64,000 bases of DNA from a virus: the IMG/VR virus record IMGVR_UViG_3300047564_005910, positions 1 to 64,000 of that record; one strand, 5' to 3'. This document shows positions 6,332-15,751 of this stretch, piece by piece. The first letter of the stretch is position 1. Every line of letters begins with the position of its first letter. The notes below the pieces were generated by a model. The model saw only the letters and a list, made by a program, of their open reading frames with translations. It did not search any database and was not told where the DNA came from. The position numbers and the translations under genes were made by a program.

Positions 6332-7402
6332 ATGAATGCAACATTAATCAAAGACTACAACAAAAGGTCAAACATCGTTCGGGAGAGCATTTCGCACTAC
6401 CGAAAAAATCCGGTCCGTCTTTCGCAAATCCGCAAAGATGGAAAAATATTTAAAGTTAACAATGTAGAAGTTACCTCTAAAGCTCTCAACGATCTGTCGA
6501 ATATCTTTTCGATTAAGTCAGCTCTTGTCGATCAAGTTGAAAATGATCGCGAACAATGGCAGCCGCTGCAAAACGCCCTGACCAACATTAAGAAAGATCG
6601 CACCATCACTGCGATCGTTAACGACGGTTCGAACTCTCGGCCGTTTATTACTAAGTTTGTCGATGCACCGATTGAAGAGCAAGAGCCTCTCAGTCTTAAT
6701 AGCGGTCTTGAAAAGATTGGTGGTTACCTTGAGACGGCTGAAGGAGATCTTGAAATTCGAGACTTTTATTTCAATCCTGAAAGCCTGTCTCTTGAGATTA
6801 ATATCCGTAACAAGTCTAATAACATTGACGTATTTGGTGACGGAGACGACATCTGGAACTCCGGCTTCGGTATTCACTATTACGAAAAGAAGACTTCAGT
6901 CGCTCCTTACTACCTCCGCCTGGTCTGTACTAACGGTATGACGGCAGCACATGAAATCTTTCAGCGCTACTTCAGTAATAAGGGTATGAAACAAGAATCG
7001 TTCAACAAACTTGTTAACAATGTTGTTGATCGGGACATCCAACAGATCTGCCGGGCTAATAGCCGTCGGTTGAAGGACGTTAGCGGGTCTCTTCGTGAGT
7101 TCTTTGCTGCTCGCAGTCTGCTAAGCGGTAAAAAGGATCTACAGAAGCGATATTTCGACGATAGCGAAATCCAAGAAGCTTATAAGCCTTACGGCATCCG
7201 TTATCGCAACAAGCGTTGGCTGTCTTCTGCAAATAGTAACGTGAACGGTTACGATCTGTTCAATCATCTGACTCACGCTGCTTCGCATAACCCGACCCTT
7301 CCAATGAACACAAGAACAGCCTTGAACGCTCTAGCATCTGAGATGTTCTTTAAGGGACCGGACCTTGCGTTCCAAGCACCTAACCCGTTCAGTAAGAACT
7401 AA
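6332..7402 (+). CDS. DUF932/DUF945-like protein
   Basis: YLRLVCTNGM signature; C-terminal YDLFNHLTHAASH helix. Confidence 0.7.
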   Translation: MNATLIKDYNKRSNIVRESISHYRKNPVRLSQIRKDGKIFKVNNVEVTSKALNDLSNIFSIKSALVDQVENDREQWQPLQNALTNIKKDRTITAIVNDGSNSRPFITKFVDAPIEEQEPLSLNSGLEKIGGYLETAEGDLEIRDFYFNPESLSLEINIRNKSNNIDVFGDGDDIWNSGFGIHYYEKKTSVAPYYLRLVCTNGMTAAHEIFQRYFSNKGMKQESFNKLVNNVVDRDIQQICRANSRRLKDVSGSLREFFAARSLLSGKKDLQKRYFDDSEIQEAYKPYGIRYRNKRWLSSANSNVNGYDLFNHLTHAASHNPTLPMNTRTALNALASEMFFKGPDLAFQAPNPFSKN

Positions 7403-7451
7403 AAATATACTGGCTCTAGAATAAATATAGGGCTAGGTTGTAATACTAGCA

Positions 7452-7487
7452 CCCCTTGGTAGCTGCGGTTGCCAAGGGGTTCGCTTT
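7452..7487 (+). terminator. GC-rich hairpin, probable terminator
   Basis: ccccttggtagc-tgcg-gttgccaagggg followed by ttcgctttt. Confidence 0.6.
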
Positions 7488-7517
7488 TATATCTAAATAT
7501 GATTAAATAAAAAAAAT

Positions 7518-7691
7518 ATGAGTCCAGTAGATATTGAAGCTATTATTGATAACGGTATAGATGAAATTGTCGCAACAGCGTTCGAAGAACACTTTACCAC
7601 TAAAAAAGAGATACAACACGCTTTAGATTATTTAAAAGAAAGAATAAACAGTCTAGAAACTGAGGACTTCGAAGATCTAATAGAAGATTAA
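7518..7691 (+). CDS. small acidic protein (57 aa, not in the ORF track)
   Basis: MSPVDIEAIIDNGIDEIV...FEDLIED*; TAAATA upstream. Confidence 0.6.
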   Translation: MSPVDIEAIIDNGIDEIVATAFEEHFTTKKEIQHALDYLKERINSLETEDFEDLIED

Positions 7692-8239
7692 TTACCTTGC
7701 ATGTATTGCCCGGTGTTTGATACTGGTGCTGGTGGTGGTGTCCCGCCTGGTGGAGTAGCTTGTGGTAATTCAGATGGCGGGTTTTGACTTAACTCTGCAG
7801 GAATATCTACTCCAGGTTGTTGATCGTTTTGTTGAGCCGTTTCAAATTTCTTTTGTTCAATATAATCAGCAATTTCTGATATAGAAGTCTCTTCGTGAGT
7901 ATTTTCAATAGTCTTTGGTGGCTCGTTTGTATTGATTAAGTCGTAAATCTTAACAGATAGGTTATTAACGCTTTTTTCTGAAGCGTTTTCAGCATCAAAG
8001 ATAAAAGCTATCTTAAAAGACAGATCATTTTCTTCGTCAATAAAGTTAAAGTACCCATCTCTTAGTATTTGCATTGCTGTTTTACGTAAATCCCCCATCT
8101 TTTTAGGGTTAAGTAAGTTACGTTGCAAGAATTGCTGTAATAGTATTACTATATAGTCGTAAAACGCAGGGTCATTACGGTCTTCCACGTTAAATTCAGT
8201 TAAAATACAGTCTAATAGAGAGTCAAACTTGGTTGTCAT
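7688..8239 (-). CDS. hypothetical, putative head-packaged protein
   Basis: Start reassigned to ATG 8239 after TATAAATA; MTTKFDSLLDCILTE leader; Pro/Gln-rich tail. Confidence 0.6.
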   Translation of the reverse strand: MTTKFDSLLDCILTEFNVEDRNDPAFYDYIVILLQQFLQRNLLNPKKMGDLRKTAMQILRDGYFNFIDEENDLSFKIAFIFDAENASEKSVNNLSVKIYDLINTNEPPKTIENTHEETSISEIADYIEQKKFETAQQNDQQPGVDIPAELSQNPPSELPQATPPGGTPPPAPVSNTGQYMQGN

Positions 8240-8250
8240 TTGTTTATTAT

Positions 8251-8958
8251 TTATAGATAAGCGAATTGAAAATGCATCCAATCAAAGTTACGTTCTTTAC
8301 CTAAACTAGTACCGCCTTCTTCTTTAACAAACGTCCAGAACGGTTCATACACTGATTTCGCGAGGGTAGCCCTGTCTCTCCCCCATTTTAATTGGTTATT
8401 ATCAGGATCTATGTCAATAGCGGCTCCCCATGAATGTATTGAATAACTACTACCTCCACGCATTTTGCGTACATTTAGGCAACCACCAAAAGAATCTAGT
8501 TTTAATTTCTTAATTTCTGCCTCACCGTAATGTTTTAATGTCTTTTCAAAGACATTGTAAAACGCTTTTGTACATTTTTCATTACACATCATCTTTTTAA
8601 TAGTAACATTTTTATCCCATGCCAGTTTAAACTGATAAGGAAGCTCTAATAGTGTCTGATTTTCTCCAACTGGGCCGTAAAAGTTACACATTGATGTATA
8701 TCCTTGTTGAGGCCACTTTTGGGATAGTGGGGTATTTTCAGAAACTTTTGTAACGAAGTTCCAAGTTTTGGGACCAACAACACCATCAGCCTTTAAGCCG
8801 TTCTTTAACTGAAATTTAAGTGTTTCTCTTTCTGTTTGAGGCCCGAACGCACCGTCTACAAACGGTACTTTATAACCAGCTGACTGTAAAAACAGTTGCC
8901 ACTGTTTTACTTCTTCTCCAAAACTACCTTTCTTAAGAGGTTCCATATTATTCCCCAC
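8251..8958 (-). CDS. endolysin: PG-binding domain plus M15 (L-Ala-D-Glu-type) peptidase
   Basis: LKKGSFG...DGAFGPQT...GLKADGVVGPKTW; SIHSWGAAIDID and DWMHFQ Zn motifs. Confidence 0.9.
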   Translation of the reverse strand: MGNNMEPLKKGSFGEEVKQWQLFLQSAGYKVPFVDGAFGPQTERETLKFQLKNGLKADGVVGPKTWNFVTKVSENTPLSQKWPQQGYTSMCNFYGPVGENQTLLELPYQFKLAWDKNVTIKKMMCNEKCTKAFYNVFEKTLKHYGEAEIKKLKLDSFGGCLNVRKMRGGSSYSIHSWGAAIDIDPDNNQLKWGRDRATLAKSVYEPFWTFVKEEGGTSLGKERNFDWMHFQFAYL

Positions 8959-9439
8959 CTCCTTGGGAATAAACCCATTCTAATGGTGCATATGAAGGCT
9001 CATCTTTGTATTTTTCAGCATATCTAACTGTTGTTTCTTGAATAATTTTTTCTTCTCTTTGATCTGATGTTAAAACTGCGTCAAAATTAGTACTAGATAA
9101 ACTACCATACTTGAGATCAACAACAGCCTGTATGCCTATATACGATGCTACAATAATTGCTAAAATTTCTATTGTTTTTGTAAAAATTGTAACGTAACCT
9201 GCAATAAGTTCGTTTTTTGAAGGTAATAAAAACAAGATACCGACTGAAGTAAAGTAAAAAATTAGTAAACCTATAAACGATGAAAACGCTAAAAAGAATT
9301 TTTTAGACTTAAAGTGGTTTTCTCTACGTAACGAGTCTTGTAACTCAACAGGAGTACCAGGGGGTACCATGTTACTCGATAGAAATGAGGCTGCGCTTTT
9401 TAAAATATTGCTAATACCTGCTATCATAAAAGGAACCAA
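8948..9439 (-). CDS. holin candidate (2 TM)
   Basis: FKSKKFFLAF then two TM helices; immediately upstream of the endolysin. Confidence 0.6.
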   Translation of the reverse strand: MVPFMIAGISNILKSAASFLSSNMVPPGTPVELQDSLRRENHFKSKKFFLAFSSFIGLLIFYFTSVGILFLLPSKNELIAGYVTIFTKTIEILAIIVASYIGIQAVVDLKYGSLSSTNFDAVLTSDQREEKIIQETTVRYAEKYKDEPSYAPLEWVYSQGGGE

Positions 9440-9942
9440 ACTAAACTTGCAAACAATAAAGCGCCTCCAGTGGGTACACCTAAGTTATACGGTGGTGGAG
9501 CTAAATTCATAAACTGTAAACCGACAAGTACACCAACAGCTGCAGCAATAACAGCTGCAATTATTTTAAGTCTGTGATATCTCTTAACAGCTTTGTTGTA
9601 CTTTTCCATAAACTTCTGAGCCTCTGCTTGTTGTATGACCCCCCACTCTTTAAGAGCGTCAGCTGACTTTTGTACTTCTACTGTTTTAGCTTCGGCTGTC
9701 TTAGTTTGTTGTACGGCTTTATCGAGAGAAGCTTTAAGTTTTGTATTTTCTTCTTTTGCTGCCTTAAGCTCAGCTGCAATACCTTTTACTAATTCTCTAC
9801 CCTCACTAATTGTTGGTTTTGGTGTGGGTTTAGCTACGGCAACCGGGGTAGGTTGGGGTTTAGGTTGTTTTTTACCAAAAGGCCAGGCTTGGGTAGTGGT
9901 GGTTAAAATTAAAACCATTAGGATAGGTAGTATATATTTCAT
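9424..9942 (-). CDS. inner-membrane spanin-like coiled-coil protein
   Basis: Signal peptide, Pro/Lys linker, coiled coil, C-terminal TM helices; within the lysis cassette. Confidence 0.5.
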   Translation of the reverse strand: MKYILPILMVLILTTTTQAWPFGKKQPKPQPTPVAVAKPTPKPTISEGRELVKGIAAELKAAKEENTKLKASLDKAVQQTKTAEAKTVEVQKSADALKEWGVIQQAEAQKFMEKYNKAVKRYHRLKIIAAVIAAAVGVLVGLQFMNLAPPPYNLGVPTGGALLFASLVWFLL

Positions 9943-9943
9943 A

Positions 9944-10213
9944 TTATGGATTGATTACGTTTTTGTTTGTTTGTTGTTCAGCTTCTTTTTCGATTTGTTC
10001 GAGTAAAGCGTCTAATCTTTCAGCTAAAGTTAAAGCTTTATCGATTTTTTGGGCTACAACTGTATTTTGTTCCCCCGCTTCTTTAAGAGTTTCTTTGGTT
10101 TCAGTTAGAGATTCGATAACACGGGCAGTAGATACTGTAGGCGGAGATATTTGTTTAGTCGTTTGACAACCTACACAAAATAATAGTACAAAAATAAATA
10201 AAAGTATCTTCAT
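9944..10213 (-). CDS. lipoprotein, outer-membrane spanin candidate
   Basis: True start 10213: MKILLFIFVLLFCVGC lipobox followed by a coiled coil. Confidence 0.6.
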   Translation of the reverse strand: MKILLFIFVLLFCVGCQTTKQISPPTVSTARVIESLTETKETLKEAGEQNTVVAQKIDKALTLAERLDALLEQIEKEAEQQTNKNVINP

Positions 10214-10268
10214 AAAATTATTTAAGCTTGTTTTAATAGAAAAAAGTATATAAAATATACAACAAAAT

Positions 10269-10520
10269 ATGACCCCGTCTTTAGAGCCTCGTAATTTATA
10301 CGCCTTTACTAAGTACCGTCGAGGGGAGTTTCTTCTTTTAATTGAAATTAAAGATGAGGTATATTCTTTTATGCAGTTACCAGACAGGTACCAACTTAAA
10401 CTAACAAAGCAAGACACGCTCAAAGGAATTAAAACAGGGTTATTGGACTTTGTAGAAAAAATACCAGAAGAAGTATTTGAAGTGAGCAAGGCTAATATGG
10501 AATTACTGGAAAAAGCTTGA
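10269..10520 (+). CDS. hypothetical protein
   Basis: 83 aa; TTGTTT-17-TAAAAT upstream. Confidence 0.65.
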   Translation: MTPSLEPRNLYAFTKYRRGEFLLLIEIKDEVYSFMQLPDRYQLKLTKQDTLKGIKTGLLDFVEKIPEEVFEVSKANMELLEKA

Positions 10521-10545
10521 CACTTTCTTAAAAACCACGTAACAT
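10517..10545 (+). promoter_or_regulatory. sigma70-type promoter
   Basis: TTGACA-17-TAACAT. Confidence 0.6.
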
Positions 10546-10553
10546 TTACAAAC

Positions 10554-10784
10554 ATGAAAAACACTACAACACCAGTCAATATGGAACAAATGTCATTGTA
10601 TCAACTTTGTCGTTGGTCAGCTTTGGAAGAAGCGATAAACATTATCGGTGAAAAATGCGAAGATAGAAATATGGACTTCGATACAGTAGAACTTAAGCCG
10701 TTAGATATTTTGAAATATATTGACACAGCTACAGATAAAATTTACGAAAAGGTTATTAAAACAACAAATGATTCAAAAAATTAA
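10554..10784 (+). CDS. hypothetical protein
   Basis: 76 aa following the promoter. Confidence 0.65.
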   Translation: MKNTTTPVNMEQMSLYQLCRWSALEEAINIIGEKCEDRNMDFDTVELKPLDILKYIDTATDKIYEKVIKTTNDSKN

Positions 10785-11241
10785 AAATCTACTTGCAAAA
10801 GAAACTACTTTAATAGTAGTTCTATCCCTAATAATCACACTAGCTATATGCTCACTTATCGGTATTGCAGGTTATGTACTACTAAATCAATTTTGGGCAT
10901 CTTTTATACTAGCATTTATTGGTCAATTTATAATTTTTGCTATATACAACACTAATTTAATTAGAAAAGATAGAATTGAATATGCGCAATTAGTTAATGA
11001 ACAGTTAAACGCTATAGGTAAATACAACATACAAATATCTTGCGCTTATTGCCGACAAAATAATACAGCCCCGGTGCTGCTAAATCAAGAAAACCGTTTT
11101 ACTTGTGAGTACTGTAGGCAGGTGTCTGGGATAAAAATGCAGTTTATATCAACACAACTTACAATACCGTTGGAAAAAGTGGTACTACCTGGTACTGATG
11201 ATAGTGAAGCTGTAGTATTTAACGTTAATACAACTAGTTAG
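10768..11241 (+). CDS. 2-TM membrane protein with Zn-ribbon
   Basis: Two TM helices, then CAYC...CEYC; start reassigned to ATG 10768. Confidence 0.65.
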   Translation: MIQKIKNLLAKETTLIVVLSLIITLAICSLIGIAGYVLLNQFWASFILAFIGQFIIFAIYNTNLIRKDRIEYAQLVNEQLNAIGKYNIQISCAYCRQNNTAPVLLNQENRFTCEYCRQVSGIKMQFISTQLTIPLEKVVLPGTDDSEAVVFNVNTTS

Positions 11242-11513
11242 ATCCAAAAGTCATCTAAACTACGAGTAAGGTCTCTTACTATAGCCATAGCAGTATTAAT
11301 CTTGTACTGCATTTTTGCTAACCGCTTTTGTCTAAGTGGTGTTAAACTTGTAACATTATTACGTTTTACTACCTCGATACGTTTTCTTATCGTATCTAAA
11401 TTAAAGTAAACATCCGCTAACTGTTCTTCTATATTTTCTAAAGGAAAAGGTAGAAGCTTTTTAGGCTTTGGAGCTAGTTTATCAGGATCTATAAAAGCAG
11501 TAGGGTTGAACAT
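11238..11513 (-). CDS. hypothetical protein
   Basis: 91 aa; TAAATA upstream. Confidence 0.6.
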   Translation of the reverse strand: MFNPTAFIDPDKLAPKPKKLLPFPLENIEEQLADVYFNLDTIRKRIEVVKRNNVTSLTPLRQKRLAKMQYKINTAMAIVRDLTRSLDDFWI

Positions 11514-11546
11514 ATGTGTTTTATTATTTAATTAAGTATATACACA

Positions 11547-11771
11547 ATGTTTTTGCAAATAAACGAGATAAACGTACAGGATAACGGTCGTATCGATATG
11601 CGTTTAGAGTATGACGAAACGTTTCGTCAGGGGGTAGCACGCCATTTTAAAAAAGAAAATGTTTCAAAAAAAGAGATTATGTCTTTTATTCTTGAAAAAC
11701 TTGAGGATCAATTAGCAAAAGACTCTACATTAATTGCAAGATTAAATGATTCAGAGACTTCTTCTGAATAA
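11547..11771 (+). CDS. hypothetical protein
   Basis: 74 aa. Confidence 0.55.
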   Translation: MFLQINEINVQDNGRIDMRLEYDETFRQGVARHFKKENVSKKEIMSFILEKLEDQLAKDSTLIARLNDSETSSE

Positions 11772-12630
11772 ACACTCTTTTCCAATCTTCAATGTCTTTA
11801 ATAAATGTTTTCATTTCAAACTCATCACAAAACTGTTTAAACATAGTTAAGTCAGGTAAAACTTCCTTCATTTGAGTAATAAATTGCTCCTCATAACTTT
11901 CTTTTTCTCCATCTTCTTGTAGGTACGAGTCTTTTAGAGACATAATCTTATAATTTCTTATAAAAATATCTTTATCTTCATCTGTAAGAGTTTCTAATAT
12001 AGTTTTGTACCCTTGGCATGCAAGCTTTTTGCTTTTTTGAGGGCCATACCCCGGTATACCTGGTATATTGTCTGATTTATCCCCCATTAACGCTTTAATA
12101 TTAAGAAAATCCGCTAGGGTTGTATCGACTTCTTGTTCGAAGTTTTCTTCTGTTATAAGAATCTTCTTTAAAGGGTTATAAAACCGTACTTGTCTATTAA
12201 CTAATTGTAATAAGTCTTTATCTATAGTTACAATTGTCGCAGGGGGTACCTTTTCCTGCACTAACCAACTAATAACATCATCAGCTTCTAAAACATACGG
12301 GTATATTTGGTATATTCCGAGTGCTATTAACCACTTTTCCACTACAGCCTGTTGGTCGTGTACTTTTTGGTTTTTAGCATGGTCCCGGTTTTGTTTATAT
12401 TCTTCAGGTAGTAACTGTTTACGGAAGTTTGTTGAAGGGTATTTTATTCTTTTATCCCAGGTAACCCAAACATTTTCAGGTTCGAACTTTTCACACAAAG
12501 ACTTTAACGACTTTAAAAAAATAAAGACAGGACCGGTCCAAACACCTTTTGTGTTTACGAGTGGTTCCCGGGTTTCTGCTACCCAATAGGCTCGGTGCAA
12601 CAAATTTGAGCCATCAATTACTAAATTCAT
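11725..12630 (-). CDS. rnh: T4 RNase H-like 5'-3' exonuclease / flap endonuclease
   Basis: IDGSN, YKQNR, EADD, DKDLLQL, MGDKSDNIPGIPGYG H3TH motifs. Confidence 0.92.
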   Translation of the reverse strand: MNLVIDGSNLLHRAYWVAETREPLVNTKGVWTGPVFIFLKSLKSLCEKFEPENVWVTWDKRIKYPSTNFRKQLLPEEYKQNRDHAKNQKVHDQQAVVEKWLIALGIYQIYPYVLEADDVISWLVQEKVPPATIVTIDKDLLQLVNRQVRFYNPLKKILITEENFEQEVDTTLADFLNIKALMGDKSDNIPGIPGYGPQKSKKLACQGYKTILETLTDEDKDIFIRNYKIMSLKDSYLQEDGEKESYEEQFITQMKEVLPDLTMFKQFCDEFEMKTFIKDIEDWKRVFIQKKSLNHLILQLM

Positions 12631-12693
12631 GTTTACATTCTATATAAAAAAATAGGTATTGCAATTTATTTGTTTGTATATTAGTATTAGTGT

Positions 12694-12948
12694 ATGGAAA
12701 CAACAAAAGACACATTAAAAGAGCAGCTAAAAACAAGTATTCTTAATGTAACCTTTCGAAAGAAAGACGATACTATAAGAGATATGAAATGTACTTTGTT
12801 AGAAACATATCTACCTAAGTTGGAACAAAAAAGCGAAGTAAAAAAAGAAAAAGCTGAAAACAATAATAATATTTCTGTGTGGGATATTGATAAAAATTCG
12901 TGGAGATCTTTTCGTTTGGATAGTATAATTAAAATTGAAACAGTATGA
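12694..12948 (+). CDS. SH3 beta-barrel (WYL_2-like) phage protein
   Basis: VTFRKKDDTIRDMKCTL...VWDIDKNSWRSFR. Confidence 0.75.
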   Translation: METTKDTLKEQLKTSILNVTFRKKDDTIRDMKCTLLETYLPKLEQKSEVKKEKAENNNNISVWDIDKNSWRSFRLDSIIKIETV

Positions 12949-13229
12949 ACGAACAAAAACCTACAGTATATAAAGTTCGCCCAGAACAACTCGGGGGACA
13001 AGATGTAAATGATTTTTTAAATCAGTGTATTGCAAAAGAATTTGCAGGACAAGAATATTTCATTGTTAATGAAAGTGTATTAGATCGTGTAACACCTGAA
13101 TTCCCAACTCAGCTTCGTAAAATAAAAGCATATTCAGTAAACGTAAATGGCGCAGCAGTAGCTCTTTATTTTGATATTACAGAAGTGCAAAGCACATACG
13201 GTAGTTCTTGGCTTGGCGGATCTCGATGA
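12945..13229 (+). CDS. hypothetical protein
   Basis: 94 aa, overlaps flanking start/stop codons. Confidence 0.65.
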   Translation: MNEQKPTVYKVRPEQLGGQDVNDFLNQCIAKEFAGQEYFIVNESVLDRVTPEFPTQLRKIKAYSVNVNGAAVALYFDITEVQSTYGSSWLGGSR

Positions 13230-13522
13230 ATAACGAGTTTATAACTTCCGCAACAACTACCATAAAAGAAGTCGCGCAAACCATGCAAGAGCGTGGTTCG
13301 CAGTATGCTGACTCGTGGGGAAAGGATAGTATCTGGTTACTAACTAAAGCTATTATTAAAAAATACACCGACGTTGATGTAGATGATGAAACATGCAAAG
13401 CTATTGGTCTAGCAGTCTTTATTGATCAAAAGTATTCTCGTTTTATAGGGGGATATAAAAGAGATACCGCTATAGATTTAGTACCATATTTAGCTGCACT
13501 TGCAGAAAAAGTAAAAAATTAA
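13226..13522 (+). CDS. nucleotide-modification-associated (DUF1599/DUF6378-like) helical protein
   Basis: ERGSQYADSW...KYSRF...DTAIDLVPY; start reassigned to 13226. Confidence 0.5.
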   Translation: MNNEFITSATTTIKEVAQTMQERGSQYADSWGKDSIWLLTKAIIKKYTDVDVDDETCKAIGLAVFIDQKYSRFIGGYKRDTAIDLVPYLAALAEKVKN

Positions 13523-14229
13523 TTTACGTCTCCAGGTCCGTCAAAATAACCATAAGGTTCAGATAAGTTATTTGTCTGGTAGTTAAAGATTTCACATCTC
13601 GCTTTTTTATCCGCACTATCTTCATACGGTGGTGGGAACTCTGCTGAAATAGTACCATTGAGTGTGCTGCCGTATTCCCCACTATCATTAATTTGGACGT
13701 TAAGTGGCTCAGGCTCTGTACCAGGCTCGGATGAGTATTCCCATCTCTTACATTTTATAACCCAAATGTAGTGTCCAGCTAATGTATTAGCATTAAATTG
13801 AAGGTTTTGATCATCCCTCTCAGTTATTTCATATATGGGAGCCCCACGGCCATTAGGTCTGTCCCCTGTTCCCCCGTATTCTTTGAGTTCGATTAGGTCC
13901 CCTGCTTTTGGTTCAGTACCTGGACCGAATCTATCCCAATAAGAAGACAAATGTATAATAGCAGTCATATCACAATCTGCCATTATACCAAATTTTGATA
14001 GCATAATAGCATCATTTGTAATATCTGTTAGCATTATTACTTCGCCGTATTTTTGGAACTGGGACGTCGGGTCTTCACCGTATATAAAGTCATGACCAGA
14101 AAGACGGTAGCCGTGAGTAAAGTAATTTACCGTTGTACCGTAATGTTCGATTTGTTCTCTCCACCAACGACTAAAGTTTTCACGTTCGTTAGTATTGATG
14201 TTTTTGTTTAAATAACGAACCTGTTCCAT
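13519..14229 (-). CDS. neck / head-closure protein (T4 gp14-like)
   Basis: EQIEHYG, IYGEDP, LSKFGI, PKAGDLI, WEYSSE motifs. Confidence 0.75.
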   Translation of the reverse strand: MEQVRYLNKNINTNERENFSRWWREQIEHYGTTVNYFTHGYRLSGHDFIYGEDPTSQFQKYGEVIMLTDITNDAIMLSKFGIMADCDMTAIIHLSSYWDRFGPGTEPKAGDLIELKEYGGTGDRPNGRGAPIYEITERDDQNLQFNANTLAGHYIWVIKCKRWEYSSEPGTEPEPLNVQINDSGEYGSTLNGTISAEFPPPYEDSADKKARCEIFNYQTNNLSEPYGYFDGPGDVN

Positions 14230-14231
14230 TT

Positions 14232-14795
14232 TTAGACTTTTGTTATATTATTGATACCTTTTTTAAGTGTGTGTTTTTTCTTTTTAGGTAGTTTAGCAAT
14301 TTTTTCTATTGAAGACTCACCTAAAAATCTTGGTTTTTTTAGCCATTTTTGAGAATACGGATGATAAACACTTTCATATTCTTCTAGATCAAACTTACGA
14401 ACTGTAGGTATAAAAACTATAGGGTGTTGTGTACCTGGTAATAGTTTTTCGTTAAAATCTTTTATCATGTTTAAAATATGTTCTTTTAAAAGATCTGTTA
14501 AGTTGTTTGTAAATAATTTTACTTTTATTACTACAGGTGCTTTATCAGAGCTGTTTTCTTTTAAAGAAGGACCGACCATAAAATAATCTTCTACCCGTGG
14601 AAGCACTGGACCGGCCTCAATGCTGTTGATTAAATCAATATTGTTAGCAATAACAGCGCGATGGCCAGGTAATAATATCGGGTCTCCGCCTTCAGGTGGG
14701 AAATAAAATAAACGAGGGTCTAAACTATTAGGAATAATAACCTTTTCATGGTACTTTAGGTATTCGTTTTTATAAGTTTTTTCGAAAAGAGTCAT
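14232..14795 (-). CDS. degenerate Pol-beta-type nucleotidyltransferase-fold protein
   Basis: LDPRLF...DYFMVGPSL...LPGTQHPI...VYHPYSQKWLKKP; canonical GS and DxD are missing. Confidence 0.4.
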   Translation of the reverse strand: MTLFEKTYKNEYLKYHEKVIIPNSLDPRLFYFPPEGGDPILLPGHRAVIANNIDLINSIEAGPVLPRVEDYFMVGPSLKENSSDKAPVVIKVKLFTNNLTDLLKEHILNMIKDFNEKLLPGTQHPIVFIPTVRKFDLEEYESVYHPYSQKWLKKPRFLGESSIEKIAKLPKKKKHTLKKGINNITKV

Positions 14796-14825
14796 AAAAG
14801 TATTTAATCAACATCTAAAACAGAA

Positions 14826-14845
14826 ACAGCCCCTTTCGGGGCTGT
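14826..14845 (-). terminator. intrinsic terminator (GAAA tetraloop)
   Basis: acagcccc-tttc-ggggctgt; T-rich run downstream on the - strand. Confidence 0.75.
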
Positions 14846-14871
14846 AACTTATTTTATATTTACTATTAAAA

Positions 14872-15693
14872 TTATTTCTTAAAGAAATCCCCAGCTTTAA
14901 TTGTGCTGCTTACTTCTGGTTTGCTTTTTGGGCTTTGAAGTGATTTATCAAATGATTTAGCTGGTTTTAATTTATCATCTGAATCAATATTGCCGCTGTT
15001 TGCTTTACCTTTTGATACAGGTACGGCACCCTTAACTTCTTTTGAACCAGGTTTTTGTAAATCTGTACCTGCTTTTAGGTTATGAAGAGCATGTCCTTTT
15101 TCTTCAGCATCTACTGCTTCTTCTACTTTTTCTTCGTCTTCATTTTCTTCGTCTTCGTCTTTTGACTCTTCACGAATTTCGTTTTCAACTTCATCTTTTG
15201 CTTCTTCAGATGATTCATCTTCAAATGATTCTTCTTCTGAATTTTCTTCTTCGTTACCAATTTTATCTAAAATTGTTTGTAGAGAGTCGATAATACCCTT
15301 AAGATCAGAAGCTAAATCAGAAACTTCATCTTCTGTTTCACCGATTTCATCAGCCATATCATCGTTTGTCGTCGGAACTTCTGGTTCAAACGGATTCATC
15401 GAACCACCAAATTCTTCATTAAGAGTAGCTTTGAAAAGCTTTTCAAAAGCCCCTTCAAATCCTGCTTCTTCTTTTAAAGAAACTTTTTTAGCTTTACCGC
15501 CATCAGAATATTCTTTTGATTCCTTAGCTTTTGGAACATCTTTTTTAACTTTTTCATCACCGCCAGATTTTGCTACAGGTACTTTACCACCTTTAGCAAT
15601 TTCTTGTTGACCAGGTTTTACAACTACGTTACTCTTTGCTGCTTCTTGTAAAAGAATTTTTTCGGAGTAGATATCTGATAGAGGGTTTTTCAT
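14872..15693 (-). CDS. acidic/basic low-complexity prohead core or scaffold-like protein
   Basis: E-rich tract, (L/I)xE protease-type sites, own promoter and terminator. Confidence 0.45.
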   Translation of the reverse strand: MKNPLSDIYSEKILLQEAAKSNVVVKPGQQEIAKGGKVPVAKSGGDEKVKKDVPKAKESKEYSDGGKAKKVSLKEEAGFEGAFEKLFKATLNEEFGGSMNPFEPEVPTTNDDMADEIGETEDEVSDLASDLKGIIDSLQTILDKIGNEEENSEEESFEDESSEEAKDEVENEIREESKDEDEENEDEEKVEEAVDAEEKGHALHNLKAGTDLQKPGSKEVKGAVPVSKGKANSGNIDSDDKLKPAKSFDKSLQSPKSKPEVSSTIKAGDFFKK

Positions 15694-15751
15694 ATTTGTT
15701 ATATATTTATTTATTCAAATTGTGCTTATTTTATAGGTTATATTATTATTT

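Noticed and set aside
10214-10579. N-terminal extension of ORF 9944-10579
   Set aside because: Antisense to real + strand genes; the lipoprotein signal and TAAATA define the start at 10213
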